Shown: positions 48,501 to 58,294, numbered from the stretch's first letter. The stretch: 64,000 nucleotides of DNA from a virus (IMGVR_UViG_3300020414_000008:116770-180769), one strand, 5' to 3'. The notes: generated by a model not told the origin, from the letters alone. Program-made: numbers and translations.

Positions 48501-51500
48501 TCAAATCCTGATAATGTAGCAGGTAGACTTTATGTAGCAAGATATCATACAGAAAGTGTTGCTGGTGGTGACGACACACTTGTTGGTCAACACCCATCAA
48601 GTTCTATTGGTGGTCAAACCTATGAAGAGGGTCAAGTATTAGTTTCTACAGGTAAGATTGGTACAGGATACATTCGTATGAACGCAAATCCAAATGACCA
48701 ATCAACACCATATATGGACATTATCGAAAGAACAGGTAGTGGGATTTATGATGTAGCACTAAAAGCAAGAATTGGTGATTTGAGTGGATTAGCAAACTCA
48801 TCATATGTGTTTGGTAACACAAATCCTGGCTTTGGATTAGCAACAGATAACGTATTCCTTCAAGGTGGTATAATCGCTAGAACAGGTTCTATTGGTGGAA
48901 TCAATATGGAAGCGGGTAAACTGTATATTGGAACAGGAACCCATGGAAATAGTAATACAGGATTTTATGTAGACTCAGGTTCTTTCTTTTCTTTAGGTGA
49001 TAGATTTGTTTGGAATCCGAATACGAGTGCATTAACTATTAGAGGTACTTTACAATTCCCAAGTGGTGATGATGTACAACAGGCGATTAATGACGCAACA
49101 GCATCAAATACTGCAAAACAACTTTCTGTAACAGTAGACTCACAAGTATACGCATTTGATAATTCAGCAGATACTTCTGCAACACCAAACGTAATTAATT
49201 TTACAGTTAGTCAACAAAACTTAAATGCAACTGTAGGGACAAGTGACATTACAATTACAAAAGCAGGTGGGTCAACAATATCAACACCATCCTTAGGTGG
49301 TGTAGTATCAGAGGGGTCAGGACAGTTGAGTGGTAGTTTATCATTCTCAGGACTGTCTTTAGCAAAAACTGATTTACCATTAACAATAGAAGTTAGTAAA
49401 GATTCTTTAACTGACTCAACAACAATATTTAAAGTACAAGGTGGTACAGATGGTGAAGCAGGAGCAACAGGTGCGACAGGTGCGGCAGGTACCGATGGTA
49501 CAGACGCAGTATCAGCATTCTTAACTAACGAATCACATACATTAGCATTGAGTTCCTCTAATGAAATTATATCATTTGCAGGAGCACAAACTGATATGGT
49601 TGTTTTTGAAGGAGTAACAGATAGTACAAGTAATTACACCGTCGCAGTTAGTAGTTCTACGGACTCACACATCACAACATCAACATCAGGTAATACTGTA
49701 ACAATAACAAATACTACAACACCATTTAGTGGTTCAATAATTATTACAGCAACTTCAGCAAGTATTGTATTACCAAAAACAATGTCACTATCTGTAGCAA
49801 GACAAGGTGATGATGGAGAGGATGGACAGGCAGGTACGCCAGGTTCAAATGCACTATCATTAAGTTTGACAACAGATTCACAAGTATTCTCATTCCCAAG
49901 TGCGTCAAGTAGTACAGCAGATGATGATACTATTGAAATTGTTATCAGTCAACAAAATCTAAGTGGTACTATCGCAGCAGGTAATGTTACAATTACAGAC
50001 TCGAGTGGAACCACTCTAACAACTCCTACATTTGCGCCGACAACACTACCAAGTAATACAGGACAGGTTAGTGGTTCTATTACATTTAGTTCTACAGTAA
50101 GTGGTGACAAAACAAAATTACCATTGACGATACGAGTAGCTAAGGGAGCGTTATCAGACGAAACAAAAATATTTAAAGTAGAAGGTGGTTCAGATGGTGA
50201 TGATGGGGCAGCAGGTACTGATGGTTCTGATGCTGTAACCACTTTCTTAACAAACGAAAGTCATACATTAGCAGCAGCGTTTGATGGTACAGTAGCAACC
50301 TTTACAGGAGCTGAAACTGATATGGTTGTATTTGAAGGTGTTACCGATTCTACTTCAAACTATGGATATAGTGGTACAGGTAGTGCGGGTGTAACTTTTA
50401 GTAAAAGTAGTAATACATTTTCAATTACAGGAATGAGTCATGACAGTGGGTCATTGACAATAACTGCAGTAAGTTCAAGTACTCAGTTAGTTAAAACCAT
50501 GTCACTGTCAAAATCAAAACAAGGTAATGTTGGTCAAGACGGTACAAACGCTAAATTACTAAACATAATATCAGATTCACCAACCTTTGCGTTTGATGAT
50601 TCTTCTGATTCAAGTGCGACACCAACATCGATTAACTTTACTGTAAATCAACAAAACTTAAGTGGTACAATAGCAACAAGTGATATCGCAATTACTAAAG
50701 CAGGTGGAAGTACATTTACAACTCCATCGTTAGGTGGGTCTGTAAGTAACGGAACAGGTACAAGAACGTTTGCATTAGCATTCTCATCTTTTAGTAAATC
50801 TGATTTACCACTAACACTTACAGTAGAAAAAGATGGTTTATCTGATAGTGTAAAAGTATTTAAACTTGAAGGTGGGGCAGACGGAGCAACAGGTCCAACA
50901 GGTGCAGCAGGTTCTGATGGTGTTTCAGCATTAACAGCATTTTTAACAAACGATTCTCATACGTTACCATTAAGTGGTTCGGGTAATATTATATCATTCG
51001 CAGGTGCAAGTACAGACATATTAGTATTCCAAGGTGTAACAGATGTAACAGATGATTTCGAAATATCAAGAACACCACCATCTCACATTACAACAACACT
51101 TTCAGGTGATACTGTTACTATTACAAACGCCACTACACCATATAGTGGTTCTATTGTAATTACAGCAACATCAGCATCAGTTACATTAAATAAAACAATG
51201 TCAGTCGCAGTAGCATTACAAGGTGATGACGGAGCAGACGGAGCAACAGGTTCGCCAGGGTCGCCTGGGTCGCCTGGGTCGCCAGGTTCGCCAGGTTCGA
51301 CAGGGCCGCCAGGTGTAGATAATCAAGACTTTAGTTTTGCAAATGAAAACTTAACAGGTGTAGGTCCTGCACCAGCAGGTCTATTAATGACTGCAAATGT
51401 ATTTGGATATCACGATGGTATCTCAAGTGCAAATGCGACACTAACTGATTTTACATCTTACTTAGATAGTGATGGTAATTTCTTCTTAGGTAGTGGTAGT

Positions 51501-53759
51501 AATTCATTCTTAAATTGGGACAACGAGGCGCCTGGTGGTGGAAGACTTTTAATTACAGGTTCACAAGCAGATGTTAGAGTAGATAAATTTGTATTGGGTA
51601 ATTTGAATTCTCAATATATTAGTGGTTCAAATAGTAAAATAGAAATTAGTTCTTCTAAAATTCACGTTAAACCTAACGGTGATATCGTTGTTGGTAAAAT
51701 TACTGCAACTGAAGGTTCAATCGGTGGATTCGTAATTGGGACAGGTTCCATAGTAAATAATGCAGGTAGTGGAGCGGGTAAAGGTTTATTATTAGACGCC
51801 GAACAAAAAAGAATTACACTTAATGATACCACATTTGGAAATACGGGATTACAATTTGAATCTAATAACTTTAATCCAAGAGTGTTTATTGGTAGACTTG
51901 CAAGTGAAGTAAGTGCATCATTTATTAGATTTGAAGATAGTCAATTAGAAATATCAGCATCAACTTTCCACTTAAGTAGTAGTGGTGAGTTAGATATGGA
52001 AGCTAACATTACAGCAAATCAGGCAACCTTAAGGGGTATTAAAATATCGGGTAATATTATCAAAGCAAGTGGTAGTCACGGTGCTAAATCAAGAAAACTT
52101 ATTGAAACATGGGCAACAGGTTCCGCACTTGCAGATATCTACGCGTCAGGAAAGGGTTCAGGTCCAAGGGAAAAAGGTAATGGGGACACTACAGGAAACG
52201 CAAGTACTTATGGTGGTAATCATGACTTTAAGAAAAGATATGCGATTGCAGACCAACTACAATCATCAACATTTGGTGATACACTAACGTTTTCACACTA
52301 CGAAGTCGGTTCGGGAGTTGGGAATGGTATTGGAAAGATTAGTAGTGGTAACTTAACATGGTATACCACAAGAGGTAGTGCAGTCCCCGCCACTCAGTAC
52401 TTATCAAACTACACCATGTCTATGGGACATGATTATCTATCATATATAAGAAGTACGGATGGTAATAGAATGTCAGGTAAGGCAGTTAGTGGACTGATGG
52501 ATTCTACTCAAGCGTGGGCACAAACTCTTCCATCATGGACAGATTTAGGTGGTAATTTCAAAGATTATCAAGGTAGAAGGCCAGATGGTGAAGTAGGGTT
52601 TAATGGATTTGTCGATGGTGGTTCTACAGGTTTACCATCTCTAGCTGATACAACACGTTTAGGTATTTTTAACGCATACTCATTTAAAACAGGCTCAGTT
52701 GGTCCAAATGCAGGTCAATCATATTTTCCAAAAATTAACATCGGGTTGCCAATCTCACATAATACTTACAATGTAAATTCCGAATTATATTATCTCGGTC
52801 TTAGAAGTGAACGAATTAACCTTGACAAAAGTGACTATGAAGAAGGTGATAACCTTACACTTCAGTTCCAAGGTGGTATTGTTGGTGCATGGGGTGGTGG
52901 TGGATTTACCCTTGAAACTCACATATATGATGCTGATGATGGTGAAAGACTAAAAGAATATCATCAAGAAGTAGTTTCAGGTGGACTCCAATTTAATGTA
53001 AATTTACCTATGGCTGGAATTCTAAAAAGAGCAGTATTGGTGGGTGGTTATTATATAGACAAACCCATATACAGTTTCTTTGTAGAACTTAGGTGGTATA
53101 AGAGTTCTAATATCGCGGGAGCGGGTGGTGGTGGTCCATCGGGTATACGACTTACTGAAATGAGATTCGTAAAAGGAGCAAGAATCACATCAGCAACCAT
53201 GAACTCTTTAGAAGTTAGTGATGTACCAATAACTCCACTTCAGAATACTTCACAAGGTTCACAACAATCAGGTAGACACCGAGGATTGGAAGTTCACGGT
53301 CATTGGTGGCCAGGGGAAGATAATACTTTTGACCTTGGATGGGGTGGTGCTGATGGACAAGCGGCTAGAAGATGGGATGATATTTACGCAACTAATAGTA
53401 CAATCCAAACATCTGATAGAAGACAAAAACGTAATATAGAATCATCATCGTTAGGTTTAGATTTTGTTGAAAATCTTAATCCTATTAGTTATACTTGGAT
53501 AAGTGGTTCAAGAGTTCATTATGGACTTATAGCACAAGAAGTCAGTTCATCACTTTCAATCGAAGGTAAGACATCAGCAGATTTCGCAGGACTAATTACA
53601 GGTTCTCAGGACCCTATAGGAACATCCATAGGAGCAGCAAGAGGTGGTACTTGGGGACTTAGATATGGTGAGTTTATTTCACCAATGATTAAAGCAATAC
53701 AAGAACTTTCTGCTGAAGTAAAACAACTAAAATTACAGATTAGTGGAAGTAACGGATAA
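45591..53759 (+). CDS. long tail fibre with internal repeats, collagen-like linkers and C-terminal S74 autocleaving chaperone
   Basis: TSDRRQKRNI..GLIAQE..LRYGEFISPMIKAIQEL; Gly-X-Y runs; TATTTATA at 45563. Confidence 0.85.
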   Translation: MALEYKRRGKQNLDKVRAQIEDRSPNSENYFNITEIPPYLGPGKNSIRLKVSNKDTLAPKSQIRIEVKDSKGNPIYHEVPNLKSSDGSILITIWVYTDRENSKENTASGPATITIVGLARATVGSGSGVGSGRGSGRGRGITNEKVVKWTKTIPVRIDTKSSSKIVFQKPNLPTGTVSSSLVPFKTFSRVVAGNDPLGLGVGSGTGTGPVVTELVSLLPLTWSQVTTDTQPGGDVFKSVAGNGASTLGAQNANGGFRQINFGTGNGMQGVLLNVSKSINNSDDAQYILRINHSTDPTNSANRFKEYKITEVTKTAAGSSFNFRVKVSSFHSGSLSPLSGFVNDSVSPVTIKRKATPGLVKTKDVINTKYIASNFGSDSRLQRNTGDSLSFNGEMIDGEARLDLSNVRLYPEQRGVTQPTSHTASILNVTGSDIIQLDTKISGSNNHTFKYSDDFTIPTTIVYFSSASRGDSENLSTKGTITLPSIKPISGEVNEVRTSVKSKGLDTDFEVLGNNTVTTDTNFSYSITIPSKHIGDPKTLKIEFVNVLGEVSEQFVLIEDVVFPGSNTFIGGKGSLISGSIFISNALGSGIELGGASSGFIKSVGFEGQTSASLGKGPGGFIFYSGSGNLTLGVDNLDGVGLQLIGDNDDRHFIFTTDNGGLLDVKTDKFFIGTTGSQFISGANQNIEISSSLFHLDPQNESLVIGADATILAGLTVNSLRTPATVNGAPATKTNSSSSIDADGFARFVSASIAGFTVNTEEIKSSDNALRLKAAGDITASRVLLQGGTITDGVTILGSVTANSIRTPATIAGNPSTETNSSSSIRPDGFARFVSASIGGWDITTNSIEGGNLIMKPQGILQTKDYASNLKGWIISSENNGFAEFENVKIRGTLSTTTFEKESVNAVGGQLWVANSTAITGSSVGTTDTTMSVGNASGFAQNEILLIKKVSDTGFTTEYVLVQSSSIDGDSSNPDNVAGRLYVARYHTESVAGGDDTLVGQHPSSSIGGQTYEEGQVLVSTGKIGTGYIRMNANPNDQSTPYMDIIERTGSGIYDVALKARIGDLSGLANSSYVFGNTNPGFGLATDNVFLQGGIIARTGSIGGINMEAGKLYIGTGTHGNSNTGFYVDSGSFFSLGDRFVWNPNTSALTIRGTLQFPSGDDVQQAINDATASNTAKQLSVTVDSQVYAFDNSADTSATPNVINFTVSQQNLNATVGTSDITITKAGGSTISTPSLGGVVSEGSGQLSGSLSFSGLSLAKTDLPLTIEVSKDSLTDSTTIFKVQGGTDGEAGATGATGAAGTDGTDAVSAFLTNESHTLALSSSNEIISFAGAQTDMVVFEGVTDSTSNYTVAVSSSTDSHITTSTSGNTVTITNTTTPFSGSIIITATSASIVLPKTMSLSVARQGDDGEDGQAGTPGSNALSLSLTTDSQVFSFPSASSSTADDDTIEIVISQQNLSGTIAAGNVTITDSSGTTLTTPTFAPTTLPSNTGQVSGSITFSSTVSGDKTKLPLTIRVAKGALSDETKIFKVEGGSDGDDGAAGTDGSDAVTTFLTNESHTLAAAFDGTVATFTGAETDMVVFEGVTDSTSNYGYSGTGSAGVTFSKSSNTFSITGMSHDSGSLTITAVSSSTQLVKTMSLSKSKQGNVGQDGTNAKLLNIISDSPTFAFDDSSDSSATPTSINFTVNQQNLSGTIATSDIAITKAGGSTFTTPSLGGSVSNGTGTRTFALAFSSFSKSDLPLTLTVEKDGLSDSVKVFKLEGGADGATGPTGAAGSDGVSALTAFLTNDSHTLPLSGSGNIISFAGASTDILVFQGVTDVTDDFEISRTPPSHITTTLSGDTVTITNATTPYSGSIVITATSASVTLNKTMSVAVALQGDDGADGATGSPGSPGSPGSPGSPGSTGPPGVDNQDFSFANENLTGVGPAPAGLLMTANVFGYHDGISSANATLTDFTSYLDSDGNFFLGSGSNSFLNWDNEAPGGGRLLITGSQADVRVDKFVLGNLNSQYISGSNSKIEISSSKIHVKPNGDIVVGKITATEGSIGGFVIGTGSIVNNAGSGAGKGLLLDAEQKRITLNDTTFGNTGLQFESNNFNPRVFIGRLASEVSASFIRFEDSQLEISASTFHLSSSGELDMEANITANQATLRGIKISGNIIKASGSHGAKSRKLIETWATGSALADIYASGKGSGPREKGNGDTTGNASTYGGNHDFKKRYAIADQLQSSTFGDTLTFSHYEVGSGVGNGIGKISSGNLTWYTTRGSAVPATQYLSNYTMSMGHDYLSYIRSTDGNRMSGKAVSGLMDSTQAWAQTLPSWTDLGGNFKDYQGRRPDGEVGFNGFVDGGSTGLPSLADTTRLGIFNAYSFKTGSVGPNAGQSYFPKINIGLPISHNTYNVNSELYYLGLRSERINLDKSDYEEGDNLTLQFQGGIVGAWGGGGFTLETHIYDADDGERLKEYHQEVVSGGLQFNVNLPMAGILKRAVLVGGYYIDKPIYSFFVELRWYKSSNIAGAGGGGPSGIRLTEMRFVKGARITSATMNSLEVSDVPITPLQNTSQGSQQSGRHRGLEVHGHWWPGEDNTFDLGWGGADGQAARRWDDIYATNSTIQTSDRRQKRNIESSSLGLDFVENLNPISYTWISGSRVHYGLIAQEVSSSLSIEGKTSADFAGLITGSQDPIGTSIGAARGGTWGLRYGEFISPMIKAIQELSAEVKQLKLQISGSNG
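49113..51315 (+). repeat. three tandem ~235-250-aa domain repeats in the tail fibre
   Basis: Units start near 49113, 49851 and 50550; each has QQNL, LPLT, FLTN(E/D)SHTL, KTMS and a Gly-X-Y linker. Confidence 0.85.
51249..51314 (+). repeat. 9-nt tandem repeat encoding (GSP)n collagen
   Basis: GG(T/G)TCGCC(A/T) x5. Confidence 0.85.
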
Positions 53760-53767
53760 TTATTATT

Positions 53768-56700
53768 ATGGGACAAAAAATTAAACAATGGGTAGTAGAG
53801 TCTTTATTGACTGAACAGACTAACAAAACAGTAGTAACTTATGTTGGAAGATTTCACCCATTCCATTCAGGTCACAACGCGGTTTACCAACATTTGGTAA
53901 AAAAGTTCGGTAAACAAAATGTACATATTGGAACCTCTAATAAAGTACAATTACCAAAGTCGCCTTTTAACTTTAAAGAAAAAGTTCAAATCATGACCAA
54001 GATGTTTGGTATCCCAAAAAGTAATATACATCAAGTAAAAAATCCATATAGACCTGACGAGATTTTAAAAAAGTTTGACGATAAGAAAACGGCATTTGTA
54101 ACTGTTGTTGGTGAAAAAGATAAAGGTAGATTGGGTATGGGTAAAGGAAGATACTTTCAACCATACAAAGGAAATACTGATTTACCTATGAAAGACAACG
54201 GATATGTTTATATCGTACCACCACAAGGTAGAGGTATTTCAGGAACAGAAGTTCGTCAAGGAATAGGTAGAGGTGAAGAATCACAAAAGAAAGCATTCTT
54301 TAAAAAAGTATATGGAAAGTTTGACCCAAAGATATTTAATCTACTTACAAAAAAAATAACAAAAACTGAATCTGTAATGGAATCGTTTTTTGAATCAATT
54401 AATTTTAAAAGTTTAATTGAAGGTTCTTTATATGGTGCAGACGCAGGTGAACCTGATACTATTTATGTACCAGCTGGAAAAAAAAGAGTATTAGGAACTC
54501 AGAAAAGTAGTCAAAAAGACGAACCTTGGATGGATTCAATGGGATATACTCAAATGCATTTTCCAACAGCAGATTCAATATATTCTAAAGACTCTAAAGG
54601 TACATCAGATGAAGCCGAATACTACGCAATCAAAAAAATAAAAAAGAATCCAGCGTTAAAAGAACCTGTACCAAGTGATGATTTTGTAACATCGGGTATT
54701 GGTGAAAAGGGTGAAGAGTTGCATAAAATAGATGAAGCGTCTGTCTTAAATTTAGGAAAAGGTGTAGTAGATGATGGACCAGGCGCATTTTATGGTGACA
54801 TGAAAACTTTTAAATCCGAGATGGAAGAAGTAATTGGTAAACTTGGATGGAACATTGTCACATATCTTATGGACGAAGATGATATGGAATCATTTACAGA
54901 TACCGAATATCCTAATGGGCCAGGTAGATATCCCGTTTCATTCTTTCCACAAGGTAAAGCAGGTCTTGACGCATTAGCAGTAAGATATGGTGATGACCTA
55001 CAAGGACTACCAGCATACAGAAAGTGGGCAAATCATATCAAAGGTGTTGCATTACAATTAGGATATGAGTTCTTAAACTTCTTAGAACCAAAAGACCAAG
55101 ATAATGTACTTTCAGATGAACCTAAGAAAGAAGAAGATACAACAGGTACATTAAAAGAATCTATTGAAAGATATGATTTAATAAATGAGGCAAAACAATT
55201 ACTGAAGATACCATCTGATATTCAAAAAATTCACAAAGCATTTAAAAAGAATGGTAAGAAACTTTATGTAGTGGGTGGAGCAGTAAGAGACGCAATACTT
55301 GGTAAGTCACCAAAGGATTATGATTTAGCAACAGACGCAAAACCTGATGAAGTTCTAAAGATTGCAAAAGACACAGGAATGAAAACTGTTGAGGTTGGTA
55401 AATCATTCGGAGTTGTGATGGTTGGTGGACATGAGATTGCAACATTTAGAAAAGATATCGGTAAAGGTAGAAGACCATCGTCAGTTGATTATACAGATAT
55501 AGAAGGTGATGTTAGAAGAAGAGATTTAACTATCAACGCATTATTCTATGATATTGATAAAAAAGAAATCGTAGATTTAGTTGGTGGTATCGCAGACCTT
55601 AAAAAGAAAAACATTAGAACAGTAGGTAAAGCATCAGAAAGATTTGATGAAGACCCACTTAGAAAATTAAGAGCGTTAAGATTCCAAGCAAGTACAGGTG
55701 GTAAACTTGATAAAGAACTACACGACGCACTTCAAAGTGACCCATCACTAAAAGGTGTAAGTGCTGAAAGAATCAGAGATGAGTTTGTTAAATCTATAAA
55801 GAAAGCAAAGAATCCTTCTAAGTATTTAGAGATGTGTGACAAACTTGGATTTACACAACAGATACTTCCAAATCTAAAAGTATCAAAACCATATCCAAAT
55901 GATAACGATTATATTTTATTCTTATCATCAATATTATCTAAAAACTCACCCGTAGTATTATCAAAAGTATTAAACAAACTTACATACTCAAACGAAGAAA
56001 AAAATAATATAGTATTCTTAGTATCACTTCAGTCATTTAGACCTGATGATATTGTTGTATATAAAAACGCGCAAAACAAAACATCTTTATCAGATGACCA
56101 AATAAAAAAGTTTGGAAAGTCAATTGGTAAAGATATGGATAAGTTTGTTAAATTCAATTTATCAGTTGGTGGTAGAGATGTACCTAAAGATATTAAAGGT
56201 CCACAGATAGGATTATGGATTAAGAATAAAGAAAAAGAAAACTTCTTAGATGAGAAGAAAAAACCAAAGAAGAAAGTAAAAAGTAAAAAAGCATCTCTAA
56301 TGAAACAAAAGAGAAAGTTTTATTTAAAACCTGATAACGCAAAAAAAGAACTTGATAGTTCAGGTAGAGAAGGACAAGTACTTTCTAAAAAAGTTGGTAA
56401 ACAAAGACTGTATTTTGTTTCCTATGTTGGAAATGTAGGAACACAGAATATATTTGATGAAGGTATGATTATGGAAGGTGGAGCATATGGACATATGAAT
56501 CACCCATTTGATACCGAAATGAATTTAACATTTGGTGATTTAAAAACAATCATTTCAAATGCTCTAAATGGTAAATTAGAATTTACAAGAGAAAAAACAG
56601 ATGGACAAGCATTAGCAATATCATATCGTAAAGATAGAGGTATTATTGCAGCTAGAAATCAAGGACACCTCAAAAATAGAGGACTTAACGCATTAGACAT

Positions 56701-57676
56701 TAAAGGTGTCTCAGATAAGTTTGCTAATAGGGGTGGGTTGACCGATGCGTATAATTTCGCTATGAGAGACTTAGAATCAGCCATTTCTAAACTTTCCGAC
56801 GCGCAAAGACAAAAAATATTCAAGGATGGCTCAAAATTTATGAACCTTGAAGTCATATGGCCGGAGTCAGTAAACGTAATACCATATGGTCAACCTCTAT
56901 TAGTATTCCACGGAACAATGGAATACGGTGAAGATGGAAAAGCAATAGGTGCAGATACTTCTGACGCAAAAGTACTTGCGGGTATGATTAAACAAGTAAA
57001 CGCAGATGTGCAAAGTCAGTATACAATAAAAGGTCCACCTGTTATTAATTTACCAAAAACTAAAGAACTGTCTAAAATGCAATCTAAGTTTTTCTCACAA
57101 GTAAGTAAACTTCAAAAAGAATTTAAACTAAAAGATTCAAATGGAGTTGCAGACTATCATCAAGCATGGTGGAGTAATTTTGTAGATAAAAACTCACCAT
57201 CTACTTTAGATAACAAAACCAAAATGGGATTAGTTAAAAGATGGGCATTTTATGACAAGAAGTTTAGATTAGATAAGAAAAATATTTCTGATTCTAAAAC
57301 TTTAGATTGGGCAAAGAAGACAGACAAACAAGACCACGCTAAAATGGCTAAACAAAATATTAGACCATTTGAAGATATATTCTTAGGTGTAGGTGCGGAA
57401 GTTTTATCATTTATGTCATCAGCATTAACAGTAAATCCTGATAAAGCACTCCGTGACATTCAGAAACAATTAGATAAAACTATCAAGGATGTAAACAAGA
57501 GTGGTGATGAGAAAAAGATTGCAAAATTAAAAATGGAATTAGAACGATTAAATAGTATTGGTGGTAGAAATAAGATAGTACCAAATGAAGGTATTGTATT
57601 TACATATAAAGGTAACACATACAAGTTAACAGGTACTTTTGCACCACTTAATCAAATACTTGGACTTTTCTATTAA
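53768..57676 (+). CDS. multidomain protein: HxGH nucleotidyltransferase + CCA-adding enzyme + RNA-ligase-like domain
   Basis: GRFHPFHSGH; VGGAVRD..DYDLAT, RRDLTINAL, EDPLR.LRALRF; EKTDG..NLEVI..EGIVF..YKL. Confidence 0.8.
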   Translation: MGQKIKQWVVESLLTEQTNKTVVTYVGRFHPFHSGHNAVYQHLVKKFGKQNVHIGTSNKVQLPKSPFNFKEKVQIMTKMFGIPKSNIHQVKNPYRPDEILKKFDDKKTAFVTVVGEKDKGRLGMGKGRYFQPYKGNTDLPMKDNGYVYIVPPQGRGISGTEVRQGIGRGEESQKKAFFKKVYGKFDPKIFNLLTKKITKTESVMESFFESINFKSLIEGSLYGADAGEPDTIYVPAGKKRVLGTQKSSQKDEPWMDSMGYTQMHFPTADSIYSKDSKGTSDEAEYYAIKKIKKNPALKEPVPSDDFVTSGIGEKGEELHKIDEASVLNLGKGVVDDGPGAFYGDMKTFKSEMEEVIGKLGWNIVTYLMDEDDMESFTDTEYPNGPGRYPVSFFPQGKAGLDALAVRYGDDLQGLPAYRKWANHIKGVALQLGYEFLNFLEPKDQDNVLSDEPKKEEDTTGTLKESIERYDLINEAKQLLKIPSDIQKIHKAFKKNGKKLYVVGGAVRDAILGKSPKDYDLATDAKPDEVLKIAKDTGMKTVEVGKSFGVVMVGGHEIATFRKDIGKGRRPSSVDYTDIEGDVRRRDLTINALFYDIDKKEIVDLVGGIADLKKKNIRTVGKASERFDEDPLRKLRALRFQASTGGKLDKELHDALQSDPSLKGVSAERIRDEFVKSIKKAKNPSKYLEMCDKLGFTQQILPNLKVSKPYPNDNDYILFLSSILSKNSPVVLSKVLNKLTYSNEEKNNIVFLVSLQSFRPDDIVVYKNAQNKTSLSDDQIKKFGKSIGKDMDKFVKFNLSVGGRDVPKDIKGPQIGLWIKNKEKENFLDEKKKPKKKVKSKKASLMKQKRKFYLKPDNAKKELDSSGREGQVLSKKVGKQRLYFVSYVGNVGTQNIFDEGMIMEGGAYGHMNHPFDTEMNLTFGDLKTIISNALNGKLEFTREKTDGQALAISYRKDRGIIAARNQGHLKNRGLNALDIKGVSDKFANRGGLTDAYNFAMRDLESAISKLSDAQRQKIFKDGSKFMNLEVIWPESVNVIPYGQPLLVFHGTMEYGEDGKAIGADTSDAKVLAGMIKQVNADVQSQYTIKGPPVINLPKTKELSKMQSKFFSQVSKLQKEFKLKDSNGVADYHQAWWSNFVDKNSPSTLDNKTKMGLVKRWAFYDKKFRLDKKNISDSKTLDWAKKTDKQDHAKMAKQNIRPFEDIFLGVGAEVLSFMSSALTVNPDKALRDIQKQLDKTIKDVNKSGDEKKIAKLKMELERLNSIGGRNKIVPNEGIVFTYKGNTYKLTGTFAPLNQILGLFY

Positions 57677-57692
57677 TTTTTGTATATTTATA
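57659..57692 (+). promoter_or_regulatory. overlapping host-type and TATTTATA promoter motifs
   Basis: CTTGG-N19-TATATTTATA. Confidence 0.55.
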
Positions 57693-57712
57693 TAAAGTAT
57701 TAACAAACGGTT

Positions 57713-58294
57713 ATGTCAAAAAAATTAAAAAATGTAAAAGCAGTCAAAGAGATGGTTGCTGGAACACACAAAAGTCAAACTAAAACCACTGTTGGTTTTG
57801 GTGAGACTAAAACTATTGTCAAAAGAGAAGTCGGTGATAGATGGACGGATGACAATGGAAATGTTTGGGAACAAAAGAAAGGGTACAAAGTTAAACTTGG
57901 TAAACTTTCAGAGTTAAGAAAAGAACTCAACACATTCCCAAACTGTAAAAAAGAAATTTGTACTTGTACAAACCCTAAACGAAATGACATCAAAATGAAA
58001 ACAATTCATGGGATGTGTTTCGATTGTGTTATCCAAATGGAACACGAATTAAAACTAAGTGGTGGGTATAAGGACTACGAAAAAGATAAAATGTTGGCTA
58101 ACATGAAATCTTGGTTTAAACAAGCCGAGATTGAAAAGGAAGCATTAAAGGCAGGATTGAAAACGAAGTTCGTTAACGAAGACGGTTCATTTGAAGAATG
58201 GAATGGAATGTCTTGGGACGAGATGGAAGAAAAGATTGAAAACGAGTTTCGTATTTTTAAAGAAAACTATATCCAAAAAGTGGAGAGTAGATGA
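57713..58294 (+). CDS. hypothetical protein with Cys cluster
   Basis: REVGDRW..WEQKKG, C..C, MCFDC. Confidence 0.7.
   Translation: MSKKLKNVKAVKEMVAGTHKSQTKTTVGFGETKTIVKREVGDRWTDDNGNVWEQKKGYKVKLGKLSELRKELNTFPNCKKEICTCTNPKRNDIKMKTIHGMCFDCVIQMEHELKLSGGYKDYEKDKMLANMKSWFKQAEIEKEALKAGLKTKFVNEDGSFEEWNGMSWDEMEEKIENEFRIFKENYIQKVESR

Noticed and set aside
51249-51314. CRISPR-like array
   Set aside because: In-frame 9-nt collagen codon repeat without spacers; no CRISPR array or cas genes seen anywhere in the window.
45591-53759. Diversity-generating retroelement target in the tail fibre
   Set aside because: No reverse transcriptase and no adenine-specific TR/VR repeat pair seen in the window.
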